Origin: Fimbriosthenelais zetlandica
Lineage: Eukaryota
Reading direction: 5' to 3'
DNA: 64,000 nucleotides
Assembly (NCBI GenBank): GCA_977030845.1
Contig: OZ365110.1
Location: 38,750,001-38,814,000, forward strand
Shown: in pieces, positions 1 through 10,924 of the stretch
Layout: each line of letters opens with the position of its first letter
Numbering within the stretch: position 1 is the stretch's first letter
Translations under genes and position numbers: made by a program
The notes under the pieces: generated by a model
What the model saw: only the letters and a program-made list of their open reading frames with translations
What the model was told of the DNA's origin: nothing
Database searches by the model: none

Positions 1-115
1 GCGAGTGCGTCACTTCCGGAATGGTCATGAGCGTCAGCCTATTACGGTTGATGAACATTATGATTTCAATTATCAGGAAACCAGAATGACCCAGAGAGAG
101 ATCCGTGTGCTTCCG
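1..115 (+). CDS. MOXD1: MOXD-like exon (partial at the window edge)
   Basis: Frame from base 2 reads RVRHFRNGHERQPITVDEHYDFNYQETRMTQREIRVLP; donor CCG|GTACGT at 116, phase 0. Confidence 0.92.
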
Positions 116-1240
116 GTACGTTTTCTTTATTTTGGTTATAAAATCCCATTATCGTTTGATAACATTCATGTACAAATTGCAGTTAATGTTTTTTTTTCTT
201 CTCCAGGGAGATCATCTGGTCACTGAATGTTCTTACACTACATCTAATCGTCTTGTTTGGGTATGTATTCTTTACCTTTCTTAAAGTTATCGATGATACA
301 GTGAACTGTATAAATTTGCAATGTTCCATTGCCGCCTATAGACTCTTATTGATTAACTGGTTAATTAAATTTATATTTATCTATTTTTCGGTTTTTAAAG
401 GGAGGACTGTCAACCAAAGAAGAAATGTGTATAGCTTATTTATTGTATTATCCTGCAATACGTCTGACCAACTGTGATAGCAGGCCAACAAGAACATCGG
501 CCCTTAGTTTTATCGAGGCCCAATTTTCGTAAGTAGGTCAAACCATTTTATCAAAATAATTATAGAAATTATGTAAAATACATGCATGGCCAGATCCCAA
601 GAACTGCATTTTGCAGAGGGCCGAGTTTTTCTTTTTTTTTTACTTGAGCTTTATTTAAACTGGATTTTCGTCAAAGACAGTGTCTGTTTGACTTCATAAT
701 CATAATTATAACGGTAAGAATTCAATGTAACGTAAACGTAATTGGAAAATATATGTTAACACAACAGGAAGTCTGGGGAAGTAATTTGGCCTCCGGAGTT
801 CCAGGGAAAGACCTACCGTGACGTGTTGTCACAAATCACATGGGACGACGAAAAGCGGAAGGCCTACCAAACATCTGTCACTTCCGGTCAGGTACTGGCA
901 CAGTGTAAAATGGGAAGCATTGAATATCCGGTAAACTATGATTACTTCTTCCTCCTAAAATATTACCGCACTGATCGTTTTAAAACATTTTACAGAATTG
1001 TTAATTTCATTAATTAAATACAGCGTCTCTAAAATTCCATGCCTTTCTTTGCAGACAAACTACAAAAAGGTAGACATACCAAAAATGCTCACAGAGTGGC
1101 ATGACAATGCCACCAACATCTGCAAGTCAGCAAACACAGACAAAGGAACGTTGACAGCGAGTAAAGCGTCACTTCAGGGATGCTGTTTATTTAATGTAAT
1201 TTTGTTAATTACCATATTATTTATGCCAGGAATGACATGA
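1..1240 (+). CDS. MOXD1: 3' part of a DBH-like / MOXD1-type copper type II ascorbate-dependent monooxygenase (5 exons in window, 5' end upstream of the window)
   Basis: Manual GT-AG splicing of <1..115, 207..260, 401..528, 768..930 and 1055..1240 gives one frame: RVRHFRNGHERQPITVDEHYDFNYQETRMTQREIRVLP-GDHLVTECSYTTSNRLVW-GGLSTKEEMCIAYLLYYPAIRLTNCDSRP...-...CLFNVILLITILFMPGMT*. The RHFR..YDFNYQ..LPGD.L.TEC.Y..GGLST.EEMC...YYP string is the C-terminal catalytic domain of the DBH/MOXD/TBH family, including the CuM Met in EEMC. A hydrophobic C-terminal tail favours MOXD-like over DBH/TBH. The symbol is a family-level call; orthology was not tested. Confidence 0.93.
207..260 (+). CDS. MOXD1: MOXD-like exon
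   Basis: Acceptor tttttttcttctccag, reads GDHLVTECSYTTSNRLVW, donor TGG|GTATGT. Confidence 0.92.
401..528 (+). CDS. MOXD1: MOXD-like exon carrying the EEMC copper-ligand motif
   Basis: Acceptor gtttttaaag, reads GGLSTKEEMCIAYLLYYPAIRLTNCDSRPTRTSALSFIEAQF, donor TC|GTAAGT (phase 2). Confidence 0.93.
768..930 (+). CDS. MOXD1: MOXD-like exon
   Basis: Acceptor acacaacag (weak pyrimidine tract), phase-2 compatible, reads KSGEVIWPPEFQGKTYRDVLSQITWDDEKRKAYQTSVTSGQVLAQCKMGSIEYP, donor CCG|GTAAAC. Confidence 0.85.
1055..1240 (+). CDS. MOXD1: MOXD-like terminal exon with hydrophobic (TM or GPI-signal-like) tail
   Basis: Acceptor ttctttgcag, phase 0, reads TNYKKVDIPKMLTEW...SKASLQGCCLFNVILLITILFMPGMT then TGA. 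Confidence 0.85.
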   Translation, partial: TNYKKVDIPKMLTEWHDNATNICKSANTDKGTLTASKASLQGCCLFNVILLITILFMPGMT

Positions 1241-1915
1241 ACAGCCCCACCCACAGAAACACTCCTGTTTGTATAGGATACCAGAGATACCTTGTGAATA
1301 TAAATACTGTTTGTTCACCAAAGACTGAAATAACTGGTGCATCTGGGATGACCTCTGCTACTTAAATGTTTGTGTTCACCACTGAACTGAAATCTCGTAT
1401 TACCTTAGACTTTTGTAATTAAATTTTAGAGTGTGTAAGTCCATGGGTTAATGTCAGTTTGACGAATGCCAGTGAGAAGTATATTATTGATTCCCGTGAT
1501 TTAAGCCAAAGACTAGGCCATGGTAGATAAATTAATGGTGAGATCATGGGAGGTAGGTTTGTCATGGCAACCTCTTGTGGTAGTGAATTGTACTGCCACA
1601 AGAGGTAGCCATCGTGCTTCCGATGTTAGTTTCTGAAAAATCAGGCAGATGGAGCCACTGTGTAGGATGAGAGACAGTCACTTAGCAACAAAATATTTCA
1701 ATAGAACGACTATCGACTGAGACACTCTATTAGTGTGTAAGTGAATAGGAACATACAACGTTAGTTACCCGTATTTAATATTTCTTATGGGATATTAAGA
1801 GTCATAGTCTAAATCTGTAGAGTTGTCATTTAGACGGCAGCAACTACAATCAGCATATAAACGGCTGAAGCAATAGGGTAGGGATAGGGTATGACTGCTG
1901 AGTTAAAGGTCTGTA

Positions 1916-1995
1916 CAGTCTTTTCACTCTAAGTTGATCCGAAACTACAGTACATATGTATGGTGGTTTCGGATCAACTTAGAGTGAACAGACTG
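1916..1995. repeat. 80-bp fold-back (inverted repeat), MITE-like or hairpin RNA
   Basis: ttcactctaagttgatccgaaac and its exact reverse complement gtttcggatcaacttagagtgaa form 23-bp perfect arms, extended by cagtctt/cagactg, around a ~20-nt spacer. Confidence 0.85.
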
Positions 1996-2348
1996 CAGTG
2001 TGAGTGTATATAGCTACGTGTCTACATGTCTTTAAAACTTCTTAAAAATGATTATTGAAAATGAATGAAGAAAAGAAGGTTTTTAACTGTTAAATATTAC
2101 AAGTACATGTATGTTGTCTTGCTTCTATGTCAGGCCTATGGGATGTAAATATATAATATAGCTTTGCTCGGTGAGTAATATTCTATAATATACGTGTAAC
2201 TTTTTGTGAGTAATTAAAATTAAGGGTAAAGTATAGAAAGCAATAAGATTGAGGTCTACATAATACGAAACCATTAGGTAAGCATGTAGTTCCGAAATAG
2301 ATCACCAGGTGACACACTGATGAAGAAATGACCACATTTTTCATGTGC

Positions 2349-2354
2349 AATAAA
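2349..2354 (+). terminator. Candidate poly(A) signal of the MOXD-like gene
   Basis: First canonical AATAAA I found on + after the stop at 1240; ATTAAA variants occur earlier, e.g. ~1419. Confidence 0.45.
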
Positions 2355-2388
2355 ATATAGACCTACAATACTGTTATAGGAAAGGCAA

Positions 2389-2394
2389 TTTATT
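2389..2394 (-). terminator. Candidate poly(A) signal of the GPCR gene
   Basis: AATAAA on - (tttatt on +), ~200 nt past the GPCR stop codon. Confidence 0.5.
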
Positions 2395-2593
2395 CTAAAC
2401 CACAAATGTTTTTTCCTTTAACATATTTTACAATTCCATAACTACAATCCGACGATTAATTGTAGAGGTCAGATTAGTAATTTTCCCTCAGATTTTTGAG
2501 GCAGGATACTGCTGTACTAAATGACAAATTGACTGTTGGATATGTTTGATGCGATAATGATGTAGGCCTATGTAGCTTATTTATATAGCTAAA

Positions 2594-3664
2594 TCAACAT
2601 GAATCTCTGTGCACTGCATTCAACATGATCTCTACTTCTGACTGACGACGTGTACCTTTCCTCTGGGAACAGTCCAATTTATGAATCAAGGGAACTATTT
2701 CTGGCTGTAAGGCCACCCAAATGAAAGGCAGAATATTCCAGAAAGCCTCACTCAGCAATAGGAGTACTTTCCCTGTATGGGCGAACTGTTTGATCTTCTC
2801 CTCATTCATGGCACCGGGAATTCGGGGGAAGACAAGCTGGATGTAATGTGGGATGACCATAGTGACATATAGGACACTCATAGCCACGATTGATATGCAT
2901 GTATGATGGAGATCCAGCCTATCCATGCCTCCCACAGCGCCCTCCCTCATCCCTGGGTGCCGCCTCAGCCTTTGGCGCCAATGCCACACAAGCAATATTG
3001 AAATAATGACGATTCCCAGCAGGGGGAGTGTGAATCGTAGCAGCAGGATGACAGTGACATAAGTTGCTACGCGGCTAGAATCAATGGCCGGGATACAACG
3101 ACCGGAAATGAGACGCCCTCCTTCCGGCATAACGTGCAGAACGACCCCTAACGTCACTGCCACGGCCAGTAGCCATGGCACCAGCAGGGAGGCCGCTCGT
3201 GCCGGAAGTGACGTCACTTTGTTCTGGTACCACGTCGGGTCACGCACCCAAAGCAGAGTATCCATAGCAATAGTCATAAGGACAAAAGGTAGTGCAGAAA
3301 TGATGTACTGGTGGATGAAAACGTGTAAGCGGCAAAAGTTGTTGTCTGTTTGCCATGTGAATGGGTTCATCATGATGTTTTTGTGGACGTGTGGCAGTTT
3401 GACGAAGACACCGCTGATGGCAAGTAGGAGGACGAAGTGACTTGTTACCATGGTTGTCGGGCGTCTGCCTAGACGGATGATTTGCATACATGTCATGTAC
3501 ATAAACATGAGAGTGGCTGAGAGGAGCTGCCAAGCTGCCATGGCCACAGTCACAGGGCTGATCCCCTCGTTAACTGTGTCATCCTCATACCAAGCTAGGG
3601 ACGAGGGCAATGTCAGGTTCACCTCCCCAGATATCTCTCCACCCACATAAGTCCCACTGCTCAT
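2594..3664 (-). CDS. Divergent orphan rhodopsin-class (class A-like) 7TM receptor, 356 aa, CDS without introns
   Basis: The only long ORF in the window. It has seven hydrophobic segments, an N-terminal NLT sequon, ECL1 Trp (FTWQ), TM3 Cys (NFCRLH) with an ECL2 Cys (GRCIP), TM4 Trp (VPWLL), TM5 Pro (FTLPLL) and TM6 Pro (MVIPHY). The start is placed at ATG 3664 (aaaccATG) because the longer ORF runs through a splice acceptor (ctgtgtttttcag|, exon from 3677). Confidence 0.9.
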   Translation of the reverse strand: MSSGTYVGGEISGEVNLTLPSSLAWYEDDTVNEGISPVTVAMAAWQLLSATLMFMYMTCMQIIRLGRRPTTMVTSHFVLLLAISGVFVKLPHVHKNIMMNPFTWQTDNNFCRLHVFIHQYIISALPFVLMTIAMDTLLWVRDPTWYQNKVTSLPARAASLLVPWLLAVAVTLGVVLHVMPEGGRLISGRCIPAIDSSRVATYVTVILLLRFTLPLLGIVIISILLVWHWRQRLRRHPGMREGAVGGMDRLDLHHTCISIVAMSVLYVTMVIPHYIQLVFPRIPGAMNEEKIKQFAHTGKVLLLLSEAFWNILPFIWVALQPEIVPLIHKLDCSQRKGTRRQSEVEIMLNAVHRDSC

Positions 3665-3677
3665 GGTTTTAGCGCAC

Positions 3678-4200
3678 CTGAAAAACACAGAATAATATTT
3701 TTTTTAAATGTTTATTTCGACTAATGCATGAATAGGCCTAAGACTCAGAATTACGACTAGCCTATGTAGGCTACAATTCAAAAGTAGGCTACACACAAGA
3801 GGCTACGTATTTATCCGCTGAATTAGGCTTAGGCCTAAGTCAAGACATTGTATAGGCCAATAGGCGAATGGAGAAATCCACACAATCCTGTCAATAATTA
3901 GGGCCTAGACATGCTTAAGATTACTAAAGATAACTTAAGTTTAGTCATGCCTGTCATAATTTCTGATGGAGCACAACCTTCGGTATAATACTGGTCTTAC
4001 AAGAAGGGTCATTGGAGACGTTTTGCCTCGCACATTAAAACAGAGGAGTCGCTCGTCGCTGATTGGGACTTCCTGGACTTGTTTGCACAGTCACGCGCAA
4101 GTTGGCTTGCGCGCCAGAATTATTAACCGACTTTATGAAGTTTTTCAGGCATCGCCCGGAATAACTACTAGAGTGCACGGGCCACTGCTTATAAATTATT
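3678..4200 (-). promoter_or_regulatory. Probable 5'-UTR intron and promoter of the GPCR gene
   Basis: Minus-strand acceptor AG at 3679-3678 with a pyrimidine tract, 13 nt before the ATG; candidate donor CTT|GTAAGA at 4000; CpG-rich patch 4015-4180 with CCAAT (gattgg on +) and ETS-like cttcc motifs. Confidence 0.45.
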
Positions 4201-7200
4201 GTGGGATGTTTATGAGTTTTGATAATGACGAGGCAATAATGGCCAGAGCCGACAGAGCTGACTCAGATTGGATTAGTAATATTAATGGGTGAGCCTATAA
4301 CTGCCAGGATGGAGAAAAAATGGCAGGCTTATAACTTCTCTTATACAAAGCTGTAGAAGTATTAGAATATAAACAATGTCATGGAACTGTCCAATAAACT
4401 GAACTTAATTATTTGATTGCATCATTGATAATGAGTGATGGTTTCAATTGGTCTGTCCTTAATTTGACATCTTATATATAACATTTGAACAATGGGAACT
4501 CCATCGAATTGCCGCGTCACTTAAGAGTGTTCTGAATGAGGCTATGTATACAGAGTTTTGAAATAAACCAATTTATTCTAGAGGAACAATTGAATTTAAT
4601 CCTAAATCAATTCACACATCTACTTGGTTCAAGGCAGCCCAAATTCGAAAGGAACATTAACAACTAGTGTCTGGCTGATATTCGTTTTTTGGGGGAATAT
4701 GGGGAATATGCAGTACCGTAGTCCTTGTCAGTGTTTTGTAGTGCAACTCTGTTATGAAATTATGTCCCTTCTATATTTTACTCAGTATGAAAAATGGTTT
4801 GAATTAACTTGTCAACTCTTAACACTTCGGACTTTGGAAAATATATCGCCCAGCTCCCTTGACACAAAAATAGCAGATATCTGACGAGTGACTTCAATTC
4901 GAGATAATTTGACGTGGATGGTCGTGGGTGACCCTTAAATTGGTGTTGATAGGCAAGCCGTCCTATATGACCTAATGTATATATCTACCAACTGCATTGA
5001 TCGAATTTAGACATTATGTGACGTTCCACATTGGTGTACATGCCATTCAGGAGGGTTGAATTATGCATGAAAAATGTATTCACATAATGGATGACCATTC
5101 TTGCGTGTTAGTTTAGGTGCGCTCCCAGAGCAGAGAGCATGCAATTATGTTGAATGACAGTAAGTTGGCTTATGGATCCATAGAATTTATATTTATGTCT
5201 ACAGTTGTATTTATAGGTGTGGTCTTTGCCACATATATCCAATGAAACCTAAAGTATGTAATTCTAAAATATCATTTGACGTTAGTTCACAGATGTCTTA
5301 AGTAATATTACAATATCTCATGTAGGCCTATACTAAGGAATATGCATTATTGTAATGAATGCAATGGCACGAATGCAATACCTGCGTGGCTGTATTGGTA
5401 TACACAGAATAATTATGTACTGGGTTCTATTGAGTGTACATACCTGCTGCTTTTGTTTATAGAAATAAGAACTAAATTGCAATTGGATTGTTTCCTAATC
5501 CCAGATGATCAAACATATATATAGATGTTCGTATAGGCAACATTCCTTCCAATCACCATCCAGCTTTCTCCTATGCAATCCAAATAAGTAAATGGGTGAA
5601 ATCGATGGGCCTCTAAGCCATGGCGTCCAATGGAGCAAGTCTATAGGAGAGAAATATCAGAGGAGTTTCACAGGAAACAGTGAGTATCACAGAAGTATAT
5701 TATGTAGCGTTTGGAAGTCAGATGTATAATACCAATTGTAGGGTAAATCTGGTCCGAAGTCAGAGATAGAATGAGAGGACTAACGCTAGAGGCGCCGGTC
5801 ATAAATAGGCATATATATACATTCATATATGGCAGCATGTTGTGCTGGAGTGAGTGCTGTAAGCAACTACACACATACACACACTGACATGTATGAATGA
5901 CTGCCCACAACTTCTCAAATGAACCGAATAAGCCTGAACTACCACCATGAATTTGTAACTTGCTAACTTGCCATGTGTTTAAATGTCCTTAAGTTATTTG
6001 AATATGATTGGATTTTCTATGAGATGTATGGCATGATGTCGTATAGGGACTTCGTATGCATCCATCGAATGATGCAACTTGCAATGTCTTTACTATTTAT
6101 GGTTCCCAGTGCCGGCCTAGCATGCAGGCCTGTGCCGTGGGTCCAGTTAGCAATTTCCCACCTACCCGAAGAAGAGAACTATTTGTTATTCCAACCCAAC
6201 AATCAGGAAACACGTTATCGTGACATCGTGTTCTTCTCTTTTCATATCACTCATATAGACGCCCATCATATAGGCAGTGAGAGACATGGCTGACCTTTGA
6301 CGGCCAAGTAAAACATTCTGTCACCTGAGCCATTGTACCACGCCCTCTGCCTCATAAGGAAGGATATATAATTATGTGTTACCTCATACCAAATTATAGC
6401 TGCGTTGCACAACAATGCTTTAGCCTATGTTTGTACAATTGCCTGAATGTCTGCGTAATTTTTTTTCTGGAGCATGCCCCTGTAGAGCCTATTGATTCAT
6501 GCTTTTTCGTTATGGAGGACCTATAGGAGGACATATATGGCCGATTTGGCTGCACGCCCATTTAGACATTACTCTGGTCCCATTAGTCCCCCCATTTATT
6601 TCCTTTGAATTATTTAGTTTTATATCCTTGCATATTCAGTCACTACCGAGGATGATCTATTTAAAGAATTCAATATTTCTATACGACAGAGACACAGCAA
6701 ATGTGTAGCTTTTACATCACGATCACAGTCTCGGAGACTGCTTTCGACCATGTCCATGTAATTGGAGTACTAAACATCGCAGTGCCAATTGCTGTCCCCT
6801 ATTGCAGCCAGTGTATAGAAGAACATCCAATCTATATGGATTAGCAGCGAAATCTGTCATCCTGCTACATTCTTCAAAACAATTTTCCATGGAAATTGAA
6901 TTCATCCATTACCATTGAATTAGTGGACCTCCCCAAATAAAGCCTGTTGGAAGTCCAAACACCCATCGCCCTTCAATGCACCCTTACAATAGCGGGCCCA
7001 GGCCTAGCCATGCTAACCGTGGGCACAGCGCGCCCCTGGCGCCCAGTTAATAACAATATTTCCTATATTTATTACGGCCCTTTTATAACAACACCGCAGT
7101 CACAAAACAAATGCATCAATCCCCGACTCTTTCATGGATCATCAATAAAAATAGTGTAGCGCTAAACGGTTCCTGCAGCGATAGAATCGCACCCTATTCA

Positions 7201-7948
7201 TAATTCAGGCGCTCTCTGCTCGCTGGCGATTTGAAAAGTGAGGGGAGAGGGGGGTTGGAGCATTGCATGTCAGGAGTTGAATGGTTGGGTAAAGTTTTCT
7301 CCCATAATCTGTGGTTATAATATATGTGAAATAAGGTGAGTTAAGGGCGGAGATCATCAAATCGAAAAGATATTGCCACAGTTTTTGCCACCAAGTTGGT
7401 ATGAAAATTTGAAGGCGTTGTAGATTGTAATGTAATTACAATGGATCTCTGTGTCCCAGAAAGGACCATAAGTTTTATAGTTTACATTAAGAGTCAGTTT
7501 CATGAAAATAGACAATAATCATTATGCTAAATTAGTCAATGGTAAATCTGTGGACCAATACAATTTTTAGTTTCTTCTGAAACAGATTGTAGCCCCTTGA
7601 GCCCCCCTTCAGACCATTGCTTGACGTAGAAACCCACTCACTGAGCTCACCGCTTTCAGGGGAAAGAGTAGAGCAAGAGTGATGGGTGAACGTTGCTGGG
7701 TAATACGTCACCCTGGGGTAATTATAATGGTCAGATTTAGCCTGATAATTCCTGGGAAACAGCATAATGTCTACCAGACGCTGCGCTGTTTATTCATTAT
7801 TTGACTGTCCAGGAAATCGCTCCTGTTTTGCGGTGATCGCTGCTCGCGGCCATTACCGTGCTCATTTCATGGACTTAGATCCCACGACAGAAGCGTGGGA
7901 ATAAAGGAGAGAGACCACATCACATGGTCCCCTATATAGAGGTAATTG

Positions 7949-7961
7949 CCCCCCCCCCCCC
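7949..7961. repeat. poly(C) run (13 nt)
   Basis: Seen directly. Confidence 0.9.
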
Positions 7962-10004
7962 GAGTTTTATTGATCTTTCCCCTGAATATGTATTGATCGT
8001 TCACCAAGTGATTAAATGACAATTAAAGAACATATAGTGCTGATGATGCATAACATATTTTATTATGTCCGATTTACAGAGATTTATTATCGTGCAACAT
8101 GGTCCTGATTCAGAAGGAAATCCTTAAATTATGTTGTTCCCTAAATAACAGTGTTATTCTCGCCTAGCCTTTCTCTACCATAATGATTCACAAAAGTAAC
8201 TGATTCATTAGCTGATTTATTAACTGTTCTCTGCATGCCCACTGATTATGACAAACCATGTCTGATACAAATTACCAAGAGGCCCTCTTATTTCACAGAT
8301 GAGTGGTATTCCTTTATTATCCTCCTCCTTTTCGTGACCCTGTATGGCCTAGGCACCTCGGTATCACACTCTACCTCGGAGGCCAAGGTGTGTGAGGATG
8401 CTATGTCCTCAGTCATTAGCCACCCAAGTCTCTCACCCACACCCTGGGCGACAATGTGCTAGCAGTGTCAATTTCTATAGCTTCCTTCTCCTCCTCCTTT
8501 ATCGTTGTACTAAGGATAATTTGCTGTCTTTCCCTGAGACGTTTAAAAAGTACTTCGGAAGTTATTTGAAAGATTTTCTTCATTGTTTATTTCGTTAAAA
8601 TTGTTCCAAATATGCAGTAGTTGATCCATGAATTTAAGATAAAATACTCCGAATGAATTTGATCTGGAGCTACCGATCTTGTGACAAGTACCATTACTTT
8701 TAATTATAATGATAACTGTATACTGTCATGACCGTCTTTTTGTGAGCTCCCACTGAGTTATGTGGCGAAATTCAACTTAATAGGTACTTTAATTAACATC
8801 TGTACCAGTTCTACGCCATAGTATTGGATATTCTTTTCTGTCAATTTACCAAAACTATTCCTAGTTAGCGATCTTAGCAAAACGAACCCACTAGTCGCCT
8901 CTTCCCTAGAGTCATCCATATGAAATCATGCATAGCGCCTTGGGCCCCCATAGCGCCACCCCACCAATTGCGGCCTAATTGTGAAACAGCAGGGCAAGGT
9001 TAATGCGATGACATACCATTAACCCCTAAGCTTGCTCAGTGACATATCTGGGCCGGGCCTGCCAAGTGGCGAGCTTGATTACATGCTAATCAAGGCCTGA
9101 TTCTCCTGCTCCGAGCACCTCCTCACCAACTCGCCAGTGAGGGGCTAGACTAGCACCGGGGCGTCATCTATTGGACATCTGGCAATACTCATAATCTGTA
9201 CAGGGTGGTGGACAGGATCACCTCTGCTTATTAAGGGGAAAATGAAGAGACAGATTGATAGGTCCAGGAAGGTTGGTAAGAAGAGAAAGAAATGGGAGAA
9301 CAAAAATCTTTCCTAAGTTAGGAACTCAGCTTGTATATTGTGCAGGGTGTATGCTCAATTTCGCCACAGAATGAGTAGAGAAATCAAAGCATGGATTACC
9401 ATTCGCTGAGCGTAGTTTAAATAATGGTTAGTAGGCCTATCTTCATGCCAAAAAGCATTCAAAAACAAATTTTTAGAAATATCTGCCTGTTATGTTCTCG
9501 TTAATAGAATGTGATGAAGAATGCTATAGAACTTTGTATGTTGTAATGACACAAGCCTGAAATATTGATACTGTGATGTCCAATGCTCCTGGGGCATTGC
9601 AGAACACAACCCTGAAGACAGTGATCAATGTCCAGAGGTATTTTGAGAAAACATCCCAGGCAAAGATTATTTTATTGGCATGGTGAACCAGACGTTCTCC
9701 TTCCATGTTATCCATATATAGCTGATTATACTAGTTAAAGGATGTCAAAATGACCCTCACCCCGACAATACATGTCGGTATAATAATAATTATAGTCACT
9801 TAGAATAGAATACTGTAGACTTTTCTCACCTAAACTTTCCTGCCTGGAACATTATAGTATCAAAGCCAGCAATATTATCCTCCATATTATATATGGGATA
9901 AATGTTTTGCAGCCGTTGACCATAGAAAAGATATTTCACAAGGTAATTACAACATATTAGGATGACATGAAAATGTTCATAAAAATGATATTTGGTACAT
10001 ATAG

Positions 10005-10314
10005 ATGTCATGGAGGAAAAGCTTGGTTGGTATATGGATTGACGCGTGTTGCCCTAATTGGATTGTCTGCTTTGACTGTCCCTCTAATATGGGTGTGCGC
10101 ACATTCAGGTCAGTCCAGGCAATGCAGGAGATGGCCACATCTGCAGATACGGGCCACTAGCAAGGCTCATGGAATGATCGAGTTAAAACCCAAGACGGGA
10201 CATAAAAGCAATGAAGATGGTTCATCTGTTAGTCATAATGGGTCTTCAGTAATAAATAATGACCCAGCTGGCGAGGATATAAAACGTTTTAAATGCTGCT
10301 GTACCTGCATATAA
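10005..10314 (+). CDS. Possible orphan terminal coding exon (one TM-like segment plus Cys-rich C-terminus)
   Basis: After a weak acceptor (tacatatag) the frame reads CHGGKAWLVYGLTRVALIGLSALTVPLIWVCAHS...DIKRFKCCCTCI*. I could not find matching upstream exons. Confidence 0.2.
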
Positions 10315-10924
10315 CGGGCTACTATTACTTTAGCAAGATGATCAAACAGGAGGGCTTATAGACAGATAATACATGTAGTGTGATATGTTTCATAAAATTG
10401 ATATATATTAAGTAACTTATACGCATTTATGCACAGTTTATGCCCATGATTTGTTTATGCACGCTGCAAGAGACTGAATAGCAACGTTCAACTATGCCTT
10501 TTCTTTTCTCATCATTTGGATCCTTGCCCTCTGGCAACTATAGATGAGACCTAACCTTACAGCTCATGAGGCAATTACAGATAGCAATTATAGTCATTAT
10601 CAGTGGTGGCGCCACCGTCAGCTATACATGTAGTCGGCTATATTTCCGCTTCTTGTTTATCTTTTGGAATAGTTTTTATCTTTTGGAATTTTTTGTGTAT
10701 TGGGATTTGTCTCACATCCTACCTATGGCAATCCAATAAACCGGAAGTAGCCGTGTCTATAAGTGGAAGTTTTTCTTTATACACTAGATGGCAGGGCAAT
10801 CGATTTTGTAGACCAGCTCTGTTGTTTTCCTTGTTTTGGCTTTTCTCCTCATCCCGGAGCATTGCCTATACTCACAGTCATCTGTTATAAAAACTGATTA
10901 AAGTTGTTAGGATATTTGCCTACT

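Noticed and set aside
3665-3688. N-terminal extension MFFRCAKT of the 364-aa GPCR ORF
   Set aside because: It starts at a non-ATG codon inside a pyrimidine tract and crosses a splice acceptor; ATG 3664 is the better start.
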